The notes under the pieces are model-generated. The model made no database searches. It saw only the letters and a program-made list of their open reading frames with translations, and was not told the DNA's origin. The position numbers were made by a program, and so were the translations under genes. From Octopus vulgaris (lineage: Eukaryota): DNA of 64,000 bases. The stretch is from assembly GCA_951406725.2 (NCBI GenBank), contig OX597822.1, positions 16,988,001-17,052,000 of the forward strand, in the 5' to 3' direction. Each line of letters starts with the position of its first letter. Positions within the stretch are counted from its first letter, which is position 1. Positions 26,398 through 39,871 of the stretch are shown piece after piece.

Positions 26398-26570
26398 CGA
26401 AACGCAGAGCAGCCGAAACAGGGGCAACTGAAGAAGGGGAATATTCCTTGTGTTGTATGTCTTGTACTCTGTTTCTTTGTTGCTTGAAAAAAGTCCGTTT
26501 CCATGTTTTTGTTTTTATGTTTTCGTTTCTCATTGTGCTCAACGTTTTATTTTTGATGTCCTGGACCCAT
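26390..26570 (+). repeat. Fragment of a (TA)n-embedded dispersed element related to 26900-27105
   Basis: gaaacgc.gag.ag...aaac.gggg.caac.ga.gaa.gg block and the tttt..gt.ct..acccatatatgcatg end are shared with the 27 kb copy. Confidence 0.6.
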
Positions 26571-26674
26571 ATATGCATGTATATATACATGTAGAGGTAG
26601 GTACGTACATATATGTATGTATATATGCATATGTTTTATATATTATTTTGTTATTATATATACATATTGATGAG

Positions 26675-26713
26675 TTTCTGATGAGACTACAGGAGTAGTT
26701 GAAAGCGCTAAAA
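26675..26713 (+). ncRNA. Minimal type-I hammerhead ribozyme
   Basis: UUU CUGAUGA GACUAC AGGA GUAGUU GAAA GCGC UA AAA. 6 bp stem II, palindromic AGCGCU, but only a 3 bp stem I. Confidence 0.7.
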
Positions 26714-26807
26714 AATATGAAAAAATAATATGTGATGTGTAAATAAATATATATATTTTTTACAACCATCCAGCATTCTGAACGCCTTTTTCTTTCATGT
26801 ACATACC

Positions 26808-26899
<92 letters not shown>

Positions 26900-26901
<2 letters not shown>

Positions 26902-27105
26902 TATACGGGTACAGGACGTAAAAAAACGTGAACAAATAGAGAAACGGGAACATAAAACACGAACTTTTTCTCGAACAACGAAAGAAACAAATAGAGAAAG
27001 GAGACAGGCAACATGAAACGCGGAGGAGATAAAACGAGGGACAACAGATGAAAGGATTGTCTCGTTTCTCTATTCACGTTTTTTTTACGTTCTCTACCCA
27101 TATAT
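26900..27105. mobile_element. ~200 bp TIR-bounded (fold-back) element between microsatellites
   Basis: atacgggtacaggacgtaaaaaaacgtgaa..atagagaaacg is inverted as cgtttctctattcacgttttttttacgttctctacccatat. Confidence 0.65.
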
Positions 27106-27159
27106 GCATGTATATATACATATATATGTAGGTATGTACATATATGTATGTATATATGC

Positions 27160-27823
<664 letters not shown>

Positions 27824-29003
27824 TAAATAAAATAAAACATATGCATATATATAAACATATATGTACGTACCAACCTCTACATGTACATATACACGCAGGA
27901 TGAGCTTCCACACAACTTCCGTCTCCCAAATTCTTTGATAAGGTATAGGTCGGCTCAGAGGACTGTAATAGAAGACAGTTGCCACAGGTACCAAACCTGA
28001 AAGCACGTGGCTGCAACGCGATCTTCTTAACCGCGAAGCCACGCCTGTTCGATAGATCAAATTTAACTTCCTTTCATTGTATGACGATTCAATATAAAAA
28101 GCGGGTAGGGGTAGGGAATGGCCAGTTTCCTAATTAGCATCCGATCAACGTTCACCTGGGGATTGATTCAGCTAAAACCTTGCTCCATCAACTACGGCAA
28201 TCCTTCGTCAAGAGATAGAGAGGAAGGGGCGAAGTCGATTACATCGACCCCAGTGTTTACTGGTACTTATGCCATCGAACCAGAAAGGATGAGAAAAAAG
28301 TCAACCTTGGCGGCATGTGGACGGAGAACGTAAAGAACCGGAAGAAATGCCGGTGAGCATTTTGTTGGGGAGGAAGGGGTGGGTCTTCTTTCCTGCTGAC
28401 GAAGGCTCGGTGTGAGTGTAAAACTTTTATAAACGTTTTACCAGAAACACAGTATTGAGTCCAAGAATATGCATGCATAAGGTTTAAATAAATATGTTCT
28501 CTTGTGTTTTTGTGTCTTGTCTTTCACATGGAATCTTGTTTGTGAATAATATCAAGTTATATAATTGTTACTTAATACAGGCACAAGGCTTCAAAACTTG
28601 AGAAAGGGATGGAGTAGTCGATACTACCGACCAGAGATGTCGGTGTGTTTACATCTCTGTAACTTAGCGTTTCGGATAAAGAGCCCGATAGAATAAGTAC
28701 TACTCTTACAAAGAATGGGGTCGATATGTTCGACTAAAGGCGGTGCCCCAGCATGGCCGCAGTCAAAAGACTGAAACAAGTAAAAGAATAAAAGAATATA
28801 TAATCCGTATACATAGATAAAACCCATACATATCGATCCTTCACATATGCCATTTGATTATAAAATATACATGAGATCCATATTAATCGATAGAATGTGT
28901 TTGTGTGTGTGTGTGTGCAAATATGTACATGTATGTGTGTGTGTATGTATACATTTATAAAAACACACACATACATACGTAAATAAATATGCATGTATAT
29001 ATA

Positions 29004-29044
<41 letters not shown>

Positions 29045-29455
29045 TTAATCTTTTACCTGTTTCAGTCATTAGACTACGGTCATGCTGGGGCACCACCTTG
29101 AATTTTTAGTCGAATGAACCGACCCTAGTACTTACTTTTTAAGTGTGGTACTTATTCTATCGGTCTCTTTTGCAGAAGCGCTAAGTTACAGGGACGTAAA
29201 CACACCAACACCAGTTATCAAGTGGTGATGGATGAAAAACACTCACACGCACACACACACATACACACACACACACACACACAATACTTACGACATGCTT
29301 TTTCAGTTTCCGACTTCCAAATCCACTCACAAGGCTTTGGTCGGCCCGAGGACATAGTGGAAGACACTTGCCCAAGGTGCCACGTAGTGGGACTGAACCT
29401 GGAACTATTTGGTTGGGAAGCAAACTTCTTACCACACAGCCACTCCTATGGCAGC

Positions 29456-29577
29456 TGAAACACTCCTGTCACAACCTGGGACCTTGAAGACTGCTATAAT
29501 ACAAGAAAGTATACTAGTCCCTTAATATCTTATATTCAACATTTCATCTATTCAATAAGACAATCAATACTTCATTT
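29456..29577 (+). repeat. Right arm of an inverted pair (partner 25141-25254) with a hammerhead-like motif at 29478-29521
   Basis: GGGAC CUUGAAGA cugcuauaauacaa GAAA GUAUAC UA GUCCC; stem II is decayed in this copy. Confidence 0.7.
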
Positions 29578-32500
29578 CATTTTACTATATCTATATTATT
29601 TATACTATATATTCTATACTCTACATTAATATTATAAAGAATATTAATAAAACAAAAAAACAGAGTTGGAATTCCTTTGAATAATATATATCCCTCTATA
29701 CACAATCTTACAACCCCCTTTTTATTTAATTATATATATATATATATATTAAAAATGGGGGAGGTCGGTTTATATATATAAACCTGTTCTGGTTCTTTTT
29801 GCCTATTTTTAGATGAGTTAAATCTATTCATATGTTCTCATATTCTGCCATTCGTATATGTACAAAAAAAAAAAAACCTTTTTCATATTGCAAACACAAT
29901 TTCTGTTCTATATACAAGTAAAAACAGGACCAGACGACCTGCTGTGCGATTAATTAACTTTTTACTTGTGTTTTCTTTCTCCTTCCTTTTTCTTTTTCTT
30001 TTTTTATCTGAATGCAAAACGAAGATATTTTTTCCTGCCACTTTCAGTTCCAATTCTAAGATAGACTGAGAATCCAGCTGTGTAATTAATTAACTTGACC
30101 CACGTTTTTCCTGAATGCATACTAACGACATTTTCGTTTTTTTTTTTTTCTTTCTTTTTGCTGCCATTTTCCCCCAACCGAATTTTCGTTCAAACATCAA
30201 ACCGGACGACATTTTCTTTGGGGTACGCGGCATTCTGAAACTGCTGTCCAATGACATGGTACTGTTCTATGCAGCCATTACCGTATTTGTCACCGTCTTG
30301 GTTTGTCGCCGTAGTTCACATGTTAAAACCAATCATTTTCGAATTTACTCTTTTACTCTTTAACTCGTTTCAGCCATGCGGCCGTGGTCATGATGGAGCA
30401 CCATGTTAATTTCAGATGACTTATACACACACACACATGTATGTATATATATATATATACCATTGCAGATTGCAATGTACTGTAGAGTCGAAGATTCTGG
30501 TCGTCATAATATGTCTAAAAGGAAGTTCTAACGAGAACTAGAGATCGTCCATTCTCAGTGGTTCACATCCTAGTTATCCCATGGCTGGGACCCTAACAAG
30601 TGCTACTATTGTGGGTCAGAGCAGACCTGGTCGCAACAGTGCCTAAAAGGTGGCGGATTCGTTAGCGTGCAGATCAAAATACTTAGCGACATCTCTTCCG
30701 GTTCCTTACGCTCTGAGTTCAAATCCTACCGAGATCAACGTTGCATTTCATCTTTTCGAGGTCGATCAAATAAGTATCATCTGTTAAGAATTGGGGTCGA
30801 GCCAATCGACTAACCCACCTCTCGCTAAAATAACTGTCCTTGTGCCAAAATTTGGAAACATTTTGCATCTGGAAGTGCAAAATGAAAAACGTTTGAAGAA
30901 AATAAAGGAATGCAGCGAAAAACCCGTCAGTTCACAGACTGACGATCATTGCAGTCAGATAAGGTTTTATCAAGAAGAATAGGAACCAACTATTATTAGC
31001 ATAGTAAGTAGAAGACTTGCAGAAAAAACAAGCACTTTAACGATATTTGTGAACAGAGAAACAATTGAACTAATTTTGGTTGTGTTTACTGGCTAACCGA
31101 GGGTGGAAATGAATGCCGACACGTTAATAGTGAGTTGTTGTCAACCATTTGATTGTCTGACAATGAAATGAAACCTCACAACAGGCAAACGCTTAGTCTC
31201 GTACGTTTATAAACCTAGACACCAACAACACACAAGAAATTTGTTAGGCCATTCGGAAAGCAACGGAAGCCCATTCAGTTTTTCAAGCAAGGGTTATGGT
31301 TCAGGGCAAGGGTTTAATGATTAGAAAAATGCAAGCAATCCAAATGGTTAACATGAAGGAAGTTTCTCACATTGAGAAGCTTTCGTTTCATTGTGGATGC
31401 ACAAAAGCAAAGGTGAAAGTGTTGGTTCTCCACTTATGAAAGCAACGGAAACTGATAAAATATCACAGAATTCTAGAGCGAAAGATTCAGGGCGAAAAGT
31501 CTGATCTTTATTTAAAGATTTTTTGTTTTACTGTGATGAAGCGGTTGACTCTCATCACAATGGAAATTGCTGGAGTTGTTAGAATCACTGACCAAGTTCC
31601 ACCTTGTTCCAGATGAGCAGAGAATGACTCCTGCAAACAAATACTGGAACCATATATAATTTCTATCAAACATACGATTAATTGCCGTACGCCGAAGACA
31701 GGCAAATACCTAGAAACTGCAGTCCGTGCGCACCACTTAGGTTTACGAGAGAGGGATGACCTCCCTTTGCAAATACCATAAGGGCACAGAAAGTGTGCCT
31801 AAAGCCAGCTGGAGACGATGATCTCCTGGGGCTAAAAGCTACAGTAACACCCACCCTTAGTGGTTAGCCATATTGAGATGGCTAGTATACTATACGATTA
31901 ATTATTCTATCTCAACATGAAGAATTCATTCATCTAACAGGACCCATCATATTGTTGGATCCAGTAAGCAAAAACGAGTGTTATTCTCTTTCATTGGACG
32001 GAGCGGCGAATGCGTTTCGATTATGCATATTATCTCCCTTTATATTCCGTAACTGAAATAGTTGTGAAGTCGAGTCAATCGCCTACGAAAATATAGAAAA
32101 TGCACTTGAAAGCAGGAGCCATGCAGAACTGCCAAGTCCAGTGACTGGAATCAGAAATATAATAAAAGAATACAATATTTCTGACAAAATTTCGTGGGCA
32201 TGAAAAGTATACACCCACAAAGAGCCTTCATCAGCAGGTCGATGTTAGGCAATAAAACTTTTCTTACATCATAAATCTGAATTGGAACCCATGGACAGGC
32301 CCCGACGAGTATTTGTAAATGTCGAAAAGTCGTAAACGTCAAATATTATCTCTTTAAATGTTAAACTCAGATCAAGTGTGTTCTACGATACAAAATTTAG
32401 CGTTAAATCAAAAGTCAGGTAGGGTTATTATAATAATTATAATAATAACATAATAATAATAACAATAATAATAATAACAATAATAATAATAATAATAATA

Positions 32501-32812
32501 ATGATAATAATAATAATAATAATAATAATAATATTCCCCAAACATAGATATAGATGATATCTGAAGCTTCCAAGTTTTTGACCTTTACGGTTCACATGGA
32601 ATCTTGTTTGTGAATATCAAGTTATATAATTGTTACTTAATACAGGCACAAGGCTTCAAAATTTGAGAATAGGATGGAGTAGTCGATACTACCGCCCTTA
32701 GAAGAATAATAGGTAAAGTTGACCTCGGCTGTATTTGAACTCAGGAGATAAAGAGCTGGAAGAAATACCTTAAGGGGAAATAATGCTACCAATTCTCTCC
32801 TCTTTACCAAAC

Positions 32813-33597
32813 TCTCAGGCTGAGTAAAAAGTAAACAATGTTTTGAACCAGGAAGAATTTGTACCAGATTTTTACAGTGTTTCGAATTTTTGTATTAACA
32901 TTTTTTTGCAATTGTCTGATAATACAGATATAGATTTGCCCAAATGCATCAATAAATTAACATTGATGTTTTTTGCACCGTTGTTACAATCTTCTGTGAT
33001 GTGGGGTCGGGTGGCCTCGTTCCATTTCATTTCTTCATTTTTCTCATTCGTTTGTCTTTTTTCGTCCCTACCTATATGTTTGTAGTTGTCCCTCTATGTT
33101 TGCTCCCCCCGTGGGCAATAAAGAAATTGTTATTACAATCATCTGAGATGGAAATGTCAAAGCGCGATATTCGAGCAATTTTGCTATTCAACTTCAAAAA
33201 AGGGACGTAAAGCAGCTGAAACTGCTCGCGATATCAACGAAACGTTTGGTGAGGAAATGACCAGTGAGTGGTCAGCTCGAAAATGGTTAAAACGATTTCG
33301 CAGTGGAGACCTGAGCCTTGAAGATCGTGAGCATAGTGGACGCCCATGATGGTCAATTAAAGACCGTCATTGTGAAAGATCCACGTAAAACCACTCAAGA
33401 ACTGATAAAAGAACTTCAAGTTAGCCAAAAAACTGCATGTGACTATTTGCATACGATCGAAAAATCAAAAAATGCTCGACAAATGGGTACCACTCGATTT
33501 GAATGAAAATCAGAAAATGCGCAGACATGAAATTTGCTCGTCGCTTCTTCTCCATAACCAGATCGATCCATTTCTCGACCGTATTGTAACTTGAGAT
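32813..33597 (+). mobile_element. 5' part of a decayed mariner transposon (transposase pseudogene from 33148)
   Basis: MEMSKRDIRAILLFNFKKG / KAAETARDINETFG...RKWLKRFRSGDLSLEDREHSGRP / KWVPLDLNENQK...PFLDRIVT across frameshifts: mariner HTH domains and a WVPHEL-like motif. Confidence 0.85.
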
Positions 33598-33783
33598 GTC
33601 CTTCATGTGTGTTAGTGTATTAGTGTCTGTGTGTGTGTGTATGTATGTATGTATGTATGTATGTATGTATGTATGTATGTATGTATGTATGTATGTATGT
33701 ATGTATGTATGTATGTATGTATATGTATGAGTTTATGTATTAAGAATTTTGAAAACTTTCGAGAGAACGTGAAATAATTCGTT

Positions 33784-33976
33784 TTTGGAATAATGTTTCT
33801 CGAACCACATCGCATACAGCTATAAAGAATAGCATGTAAGTTATGAGTTTCTTTTTGGAAGAAAAAGTCCCATGGCCAGCTTTCGACTTTTGCCATTCAA
33901 AAAGGTTTCTCAAGCCATTATTCACTTGCTATTCTTTATAGCTGTATGCGATGTGCTTCGAGAATCATTATTCCAA
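33784..33976. repeat. Inverted repeat (~50 bp arms) enclosing a degenerate U3-A8 hammerhead at 33872-33918(-)
   Basis: ttggaataatg..tctcgaa.cacatcgcatacagctataaagaatagca and its reverse complement. Spacer RC: AUGGC UUGAGAA accuUUUUG aaugg CAAAA guc GAAA GC U g GCCAU. Confidence 0.7.
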
Positions 33977-34797
33977 CTGAAGATATATGTGTGCGTGTGT
34001 GTGTACGCGTGTGTATTTATATATATATATATATACATAGATTACACACACGCGCGGACACACGCACACACACACACAAACACATACAAACACACACACA
34101 CACACACATATGAGTGAGAGAGGAGAGAGGGACAGAGACTGTCAGACAAATAAGCTGACTGAATTTACTACATGTGTTTGTGTGTGTATGAGTGTAGTGT
34201 GAGTGCGTGAATGTGTGTGTGATGGTGTGTGTGTGTCTCTGTGTGTGTGTGTGTGTGTATGTGTGTGTGTGTGTGTGTGTGTGTCCGCGCGCGTGCGTGT
34301 GTGTGTACATACGGAAGTTTGTGGAAACTTTTAGCAGTTGCCCGATTTCTAGACTTGAGTAGAATCGAAGAATGTTCTTGGAGTATTCTCTCGCAGACAG
34401 ATCTTTCTCATTGTTGATTCACACTTGTTGCTTTGTGCCAGTTCCAATAACCAATTTCTAGCACTTATTGTTATGGAAATCTCGCATAATCTTCTTTTAT
34501 TCAAACTGCTTTTAAAAGGACAGGGATATTCTGTTTATGAAGCGGACTTTCCAATAACAAAAGAGTTCATTGCTGCTGCTGCTGCTGTTGTTGTTGTTGT
34601 TGTTGTTGCTCGGTCGGTTTGCTGGTTGGTTGGTTGGTTGGTTGGTTTAATTTTATTTTGGTTTTGGTCTGGCACCACCGCCTTCATGTTTTCGAATTAA
34701 GAAATTTGTTTCTTCATTTTGGTCTCAGCTTAAATAATTCTGAAGACATAGGTTTTTGAATTGAAGAAGGAGAGAGAGAAGGAGAGGGAGAGACAGA

Positions 34798-34830
<33 letters not shown>

Positions 34831-34831
34831 G

Positions 34832-34924
<93 letters not shown>

Positions 34925-35244
34925 GGGTAGACGAACGGATGTAGGTTGAAATAAATAGAGATTGACAGACAGGGAGAGCGCGCGAGATTGTATCTATGTA
35001 TATGAGAAAGAAAGGACATTGATGGAGAGCGAGGAGAGAAGGAGAGTAAACAAAGAGACTTCAAAGAATTAATCCGTGATATATTTAAGCGTAGCAGTCA
35101 GTTTGCTTTCTTCCCAGCCATAAAAATATATTCATAATCACTTGAATTCGAAAACTATGCTTTAAAAGTGCATTACATGTTTGGTGTGGTCCACAGTTCT
35201 CTTATATAACCTTTATACTACTACTAATAATAATTACAATAATT

Positions 35245-35632
35245 TTTTCTTCTATAGGTAGAAGGCCTGAAATTTGTGAGGAGGGGACTGGTTAATTACA
35301 TCGACCCCAGTACGCAACTGGTACTTAATTTATCGACCCTGAAAGGATGAAAGGCAAAGTCGACCTCGGCGGAATTTGAACTCAGAACGTAAAGATGGAC
35401 GAAATATCTATTTCTTTACTACCCACAAGGGGCTAAACACAGAGAGGACAAACAAGGACAGACAAACGGATTAAGTCGATTATATCGACCCCAGTGTGTA
35501 ACAGGTACTTAATTTAATCGACCCCGAAAGGATGAAAGGCAAAGTCGACCTCGGCGGAATTTGAACTCGGGACGTAGTGACGGGTGAAATACCGCTAAGC
35601 ATTTCGCCCGGCGCGCTAACCATTCGGCCAGA
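35245..35632 (-). mobile_element. SINE family A dimer
   Basis: Same two-unit architecture with CpGs intact. Confidence 0.85.
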
Positions 35633-36052
35633 TTATGCAACTCACCATCTTTCTTTTCCGTCCTCTTTCCTCCTCTCTCTTCACCTCATACCTCTTAGCG
35701 TTCTCGCTCGCTTTCTCTCTCCCCCCTCTCTCTCTTTCTCCTCCCCCCCTCTCTCCCTGATTTATAACTTCTGCTTCTCTCTATCTCTCTTCCTATCACA
35801 CACACACACTCTCTCTCTCTCTCTCTCTTCCTATCACTCTCTCTCTCTCTTCCTATCTCTCTCTCTCTCTCTCTATCTCTCTTCCTATCACTCTCTCTCT
35901 CTCTAACTTATTTCCTCTGCTTCTCTGTTTCATTCTGTCTCTCCACCTCTTTCTCTTATAATTATTACGTCTGCTTCGCACACACACACATACACTTTTA
36001 TTCACTCTCGCATTCTCTTTCTCTGTCAATGTTTTATTTATCTATTTCAATG

Positions 36053-36097
<45 letters not shown>

Positions 36098-37399
36098 CTT
36101 ATATCCACCTTTTTATCTCTATCTCTCTCTCCCTCGTATAGCATGTTGACTTCCTTCTCAATTCCTTCACACTTCGTTCCAAGATGAGAAGATAGGCAAC
36201 AACAATAATATATAAAGATACACAAACAAGATACACTTGACACCGACGTCGTATGACATGTCATGCCAGTCGTCTGCAAGATACCGAGCCACGATAAATT
36301 TCGCTGTTACATACAGATATGATATTTCTAACCATAACATTATAGATTGAAATCTGAAATACGAGCAAACTGCTGAGGCTCTGTGTTGGCAACAATTAGT
36401 TCATAGCAGAGTTTGATAAGTTCAGTTCCCAGGAGGAGTTTGGCAAACTCCGAACTTATCAAACTCTTCTGGAAGTCTCCATAACATGTTGAGATGTTGT
36501 TGTTGCTGTTGCTTGGCCCCGTGTCAAGTTTGGTTTAAGTTAAAGAGACTGAATGGAAGTCAGGACCAGCTTTGCAAGATTTGAAAGACAAATCGTTTTA
36601 ACGAAAAATGCTTTCGTTCAGCTGATTGTCTTGTCTTTCTTTTTTTTTTTTGTTAACCTGCGAAGTAAACTTCAAAATTATTTCCGCGATTGCTAAGATT
36701 TTGGAATTGGGATTCAAACATGAAATTATCCAAAAGCTCACTTTGTAACCTTGTAGTTTCAGGTACACTGAGGACAAACCTTCTCCAGGCCAACCAATGT
36801 CTTTTGGGTGAATTTGGCAGATAGAAAGAGTGCGGAAGCCCATCGTATACATACCTACATATGTGAGCGCGTGCATGTATGTCTCTTCATGTTTGTGCCC
36901 TCCCCCAGCGCTTGACAATCGGTCTGGGTTCGTTTATGTTCATATAACGTAGCGGTTAGGCACAAGAGACCGATAATACCAAAACCATAAGTAATGGCTT
37001 TGATTTATTCGACAAGACCCATCAAGGTAGTGCCCCAGCATGGCCGCAGTTACTGAAGGTTGTTGACAGGGTTGAAGACCAGACAGATCTTCAGTCTGAT
37101 CTGGGCGGAGCAACATAAAATGCAGCTAAACGAGAAAAAAATTCAACCTTAATGCACTGCAGTAAAGAGATTGCATTCCAACAACCATACACTCTTCCCT
37201 CGGGCGAAACCCACGTGGCATCCAGCACTGCTAGAGGCCTGGGTGTTACAACAAAATAAGCCGGAGTGCTCACATAAACAGCAAAGTTGACATGGCTTGC
37301 AGGGCGTGCCCCGGGGTCATCAGGATTTTCCGGTCTAGAGACGCCCCTACCATTATTCTACTTTTCTCTATATTGCTCGCCCTCACCTTGAATACTGTT

Positions 37400-37965
37400 G
37401 TCCGCTGTGGACCCCCCCCCCCACATGATACAGAATAGTATGAAAATTAAAGCTCCCCAGAGATCAATCACACCAAAAAATAAATGACACGACAAGCCTT
37501 CACTATTGGGATTGACCTAAAAAGTTCAGGCTTTACTCTCCCCAACGCCACCGTGAGCGCCATAGCATCTGTATGATGTGGAAAATATTCCATTTAACTG
37601 GGTATCATCTTTAAAATGCATCCGAGGCTTCCCCCCCCCCTACCATCCACTACAGAAATCATGTTCGTGTCGTATCACAACGCTACAACAGAACTATTTC
37701 ACCTCAACTGGCCCTTCTCCCTTCGACATCGCGCCAGTCCACGTAAGGGAGGAACGTGATTTCACGGCATTCAAACGGCCCCTCGATGATTACCTCCAAC
37801 AAATGCCAGACAAACCATTCACACCCTGATATATCTTTGAAAACAATAACTCTCTGCTGGAATGGGCTATGGTGCCCAAGAGTTGAATGTGCGTCTCTTC
37901 CAGGTGGTGCCATTAAATTAGACATGGCCGGAGCCAAATTTGGCCGAAACTTATCTAAGTAACTT
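37400..37965 (+). mobile_element. 3' fragment of a CR1-like LINE
   Basis: LYSPQRHRERH..MMWKIF ... FTSTGPSPFD..P..VR....FKRPLDDYLQQMPDKP resembles the CR1-clade ORF2 C-terminus. Confidence 0.65.
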
Positions 37966-39250
37966 TCCACAACTGAACAAAGTTGCATTCAAAGTTTGGC
38001 ACAAGGCCAGCATCAGCATGTTCGAGGGAGACTAAGTCCACCTCAATGCCTACTTTGTTCAGCTTATTCTATCGGCCCCGAATAGATGAAAGGTAAAGTC
38101 GGTCTTGGCGACATTTGAATTCAAAACGGAAAGATACGAAATGCCGCGAAGTATTTTTTTTGCCCGACCTTCTTTAACGACTCTGGCCAACTCGCCGCCG
38201 CCTTTGACAACAACTGGACATATTAACACTAATTGTACAAATTCTCATTTAATTTATGGTGTCTGCAACCTCTCTTCTAATTTATAATGACCATCACTAT
38301 CGACACAGAGCTTCTCACCCATTTCCAGATTTCACACAATGGCCTGTTATGTTGTTTTCTTTCGGTTAATGATAAAGAAAGATCAATGCAATAACAAACA
38401 GTTTGCCCTAGTTTTTCTCGCAGTCTTCTTCTCTCTCAACCTTCTTCTACGAAATGGTTTATATTATAAATAAAGGGATTATAAGAGTTGTATTTAAAGT
38501 GCTTCGTTGCTTATAACTTATCAGTTCTTTTTATTAAAGAGGTGGACACACTACAATGTTTATCGGGGTTTTTGGCTTAAGAAGTTAGTAGGAAGATGGG
38601 AACGGGGAAGTGATGTCGCTAAAATCCTAACAAGCCAAAAGCATTTCTTACAACAGAAATATCTAAAGAAATAGGTGACCGATTTATTTACTTTCAGGGT
38701 GTTGTTTACGTTGATGGAATTGGGTAGGGAAGGGACCGATGGAATTTAAAGTCAAGAATCTAATACCTTCCTTTCTTCTACCTACAAACCTCCAGCTCAC
38801 TGATTGTTAGGGAAAGGCTGTCAAACGTAAAAACCCCACACATTAGCAACGATATCCCTCGCTCAGTTTTAAAACATTCTCCACGTCTTATTCTCAATAA
38901 AAAAAACATTCGGGCAGCACTCAGGTAATCGGGCTCCTTCCTCTTCCACCCTGCTGGTCCTGCTGGCATTTCCCTTTCCTTTTCTTGCTTTTTATTCATT
39001 TATTTCCCCCTCCCAGAAAACACATTTCTTTCTTTTAAAGTAATCTGATCTTATAAGCAAAAACGTCCATGCTGTAAAATCGCAAAATGGATTTCTCTTT
39101 CTTTTTGACTCTGCATTTCTTTAGAGTCATCAGAGGGGGGTGGGAAAAAAACAATATTATCAATTAATAAGATACAAAGAAAGCAAAAAAGAATAAAAGA
39201 ATTTTGGGAGTAAATAATACATTTATTGTTTTATTGTTCCTCTCCGCGCG

Positions 39251-39295
<45 letters not shown>

Positions 39296-39474
39296 GCACA
39301 CTCACACACACGCACACACACGCGCACACACATGCAATCAGTCAGTAACTCTGTAAAGACAAAACAACTTTGGGAACAATTAATTCTCTTTCTGTTACTC
39401 TCTCCCTCTCCTCTCTCTCTTTCTCTTTCTCTATATATACCGTCTCTCTTTCTCTCCCTCACTCACTCACTATC

Positions 39475-39602
<128 letters not shown>

Positions 39603-39871
39603 TTATTTCCGAGTGTGTCAGGTGAAGAACATTGCTAAAATAGATATTCGATAATGCTTATCGTGTTATTTCTGCAGTTGTTTGCTTTTTGGTTATAAAA
39701 AAAAATCAATCTCCGGGAAAAGGAGGAGGAGACGAGCAGAAAAATTTTGTAAACTCGCGAAATATTATTAAGCACAAACACACACACACGTACATATTTT
39801 TACATATATACATAATACATACATACACACATACATACATACACACATACATACATACACACATCTATATA

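Noticed and set aside
26394-26450. Type-II hammerhead reading of ccttcgaaac...ctgaagaagggg
   Set aside because: No valid UH site or stem I can be formed.
31050-31720. Possible decayed LINE endonuclease on the minus strand (ICLQES)
   Set aside because: A single weak motif, not supportable without a homology search.
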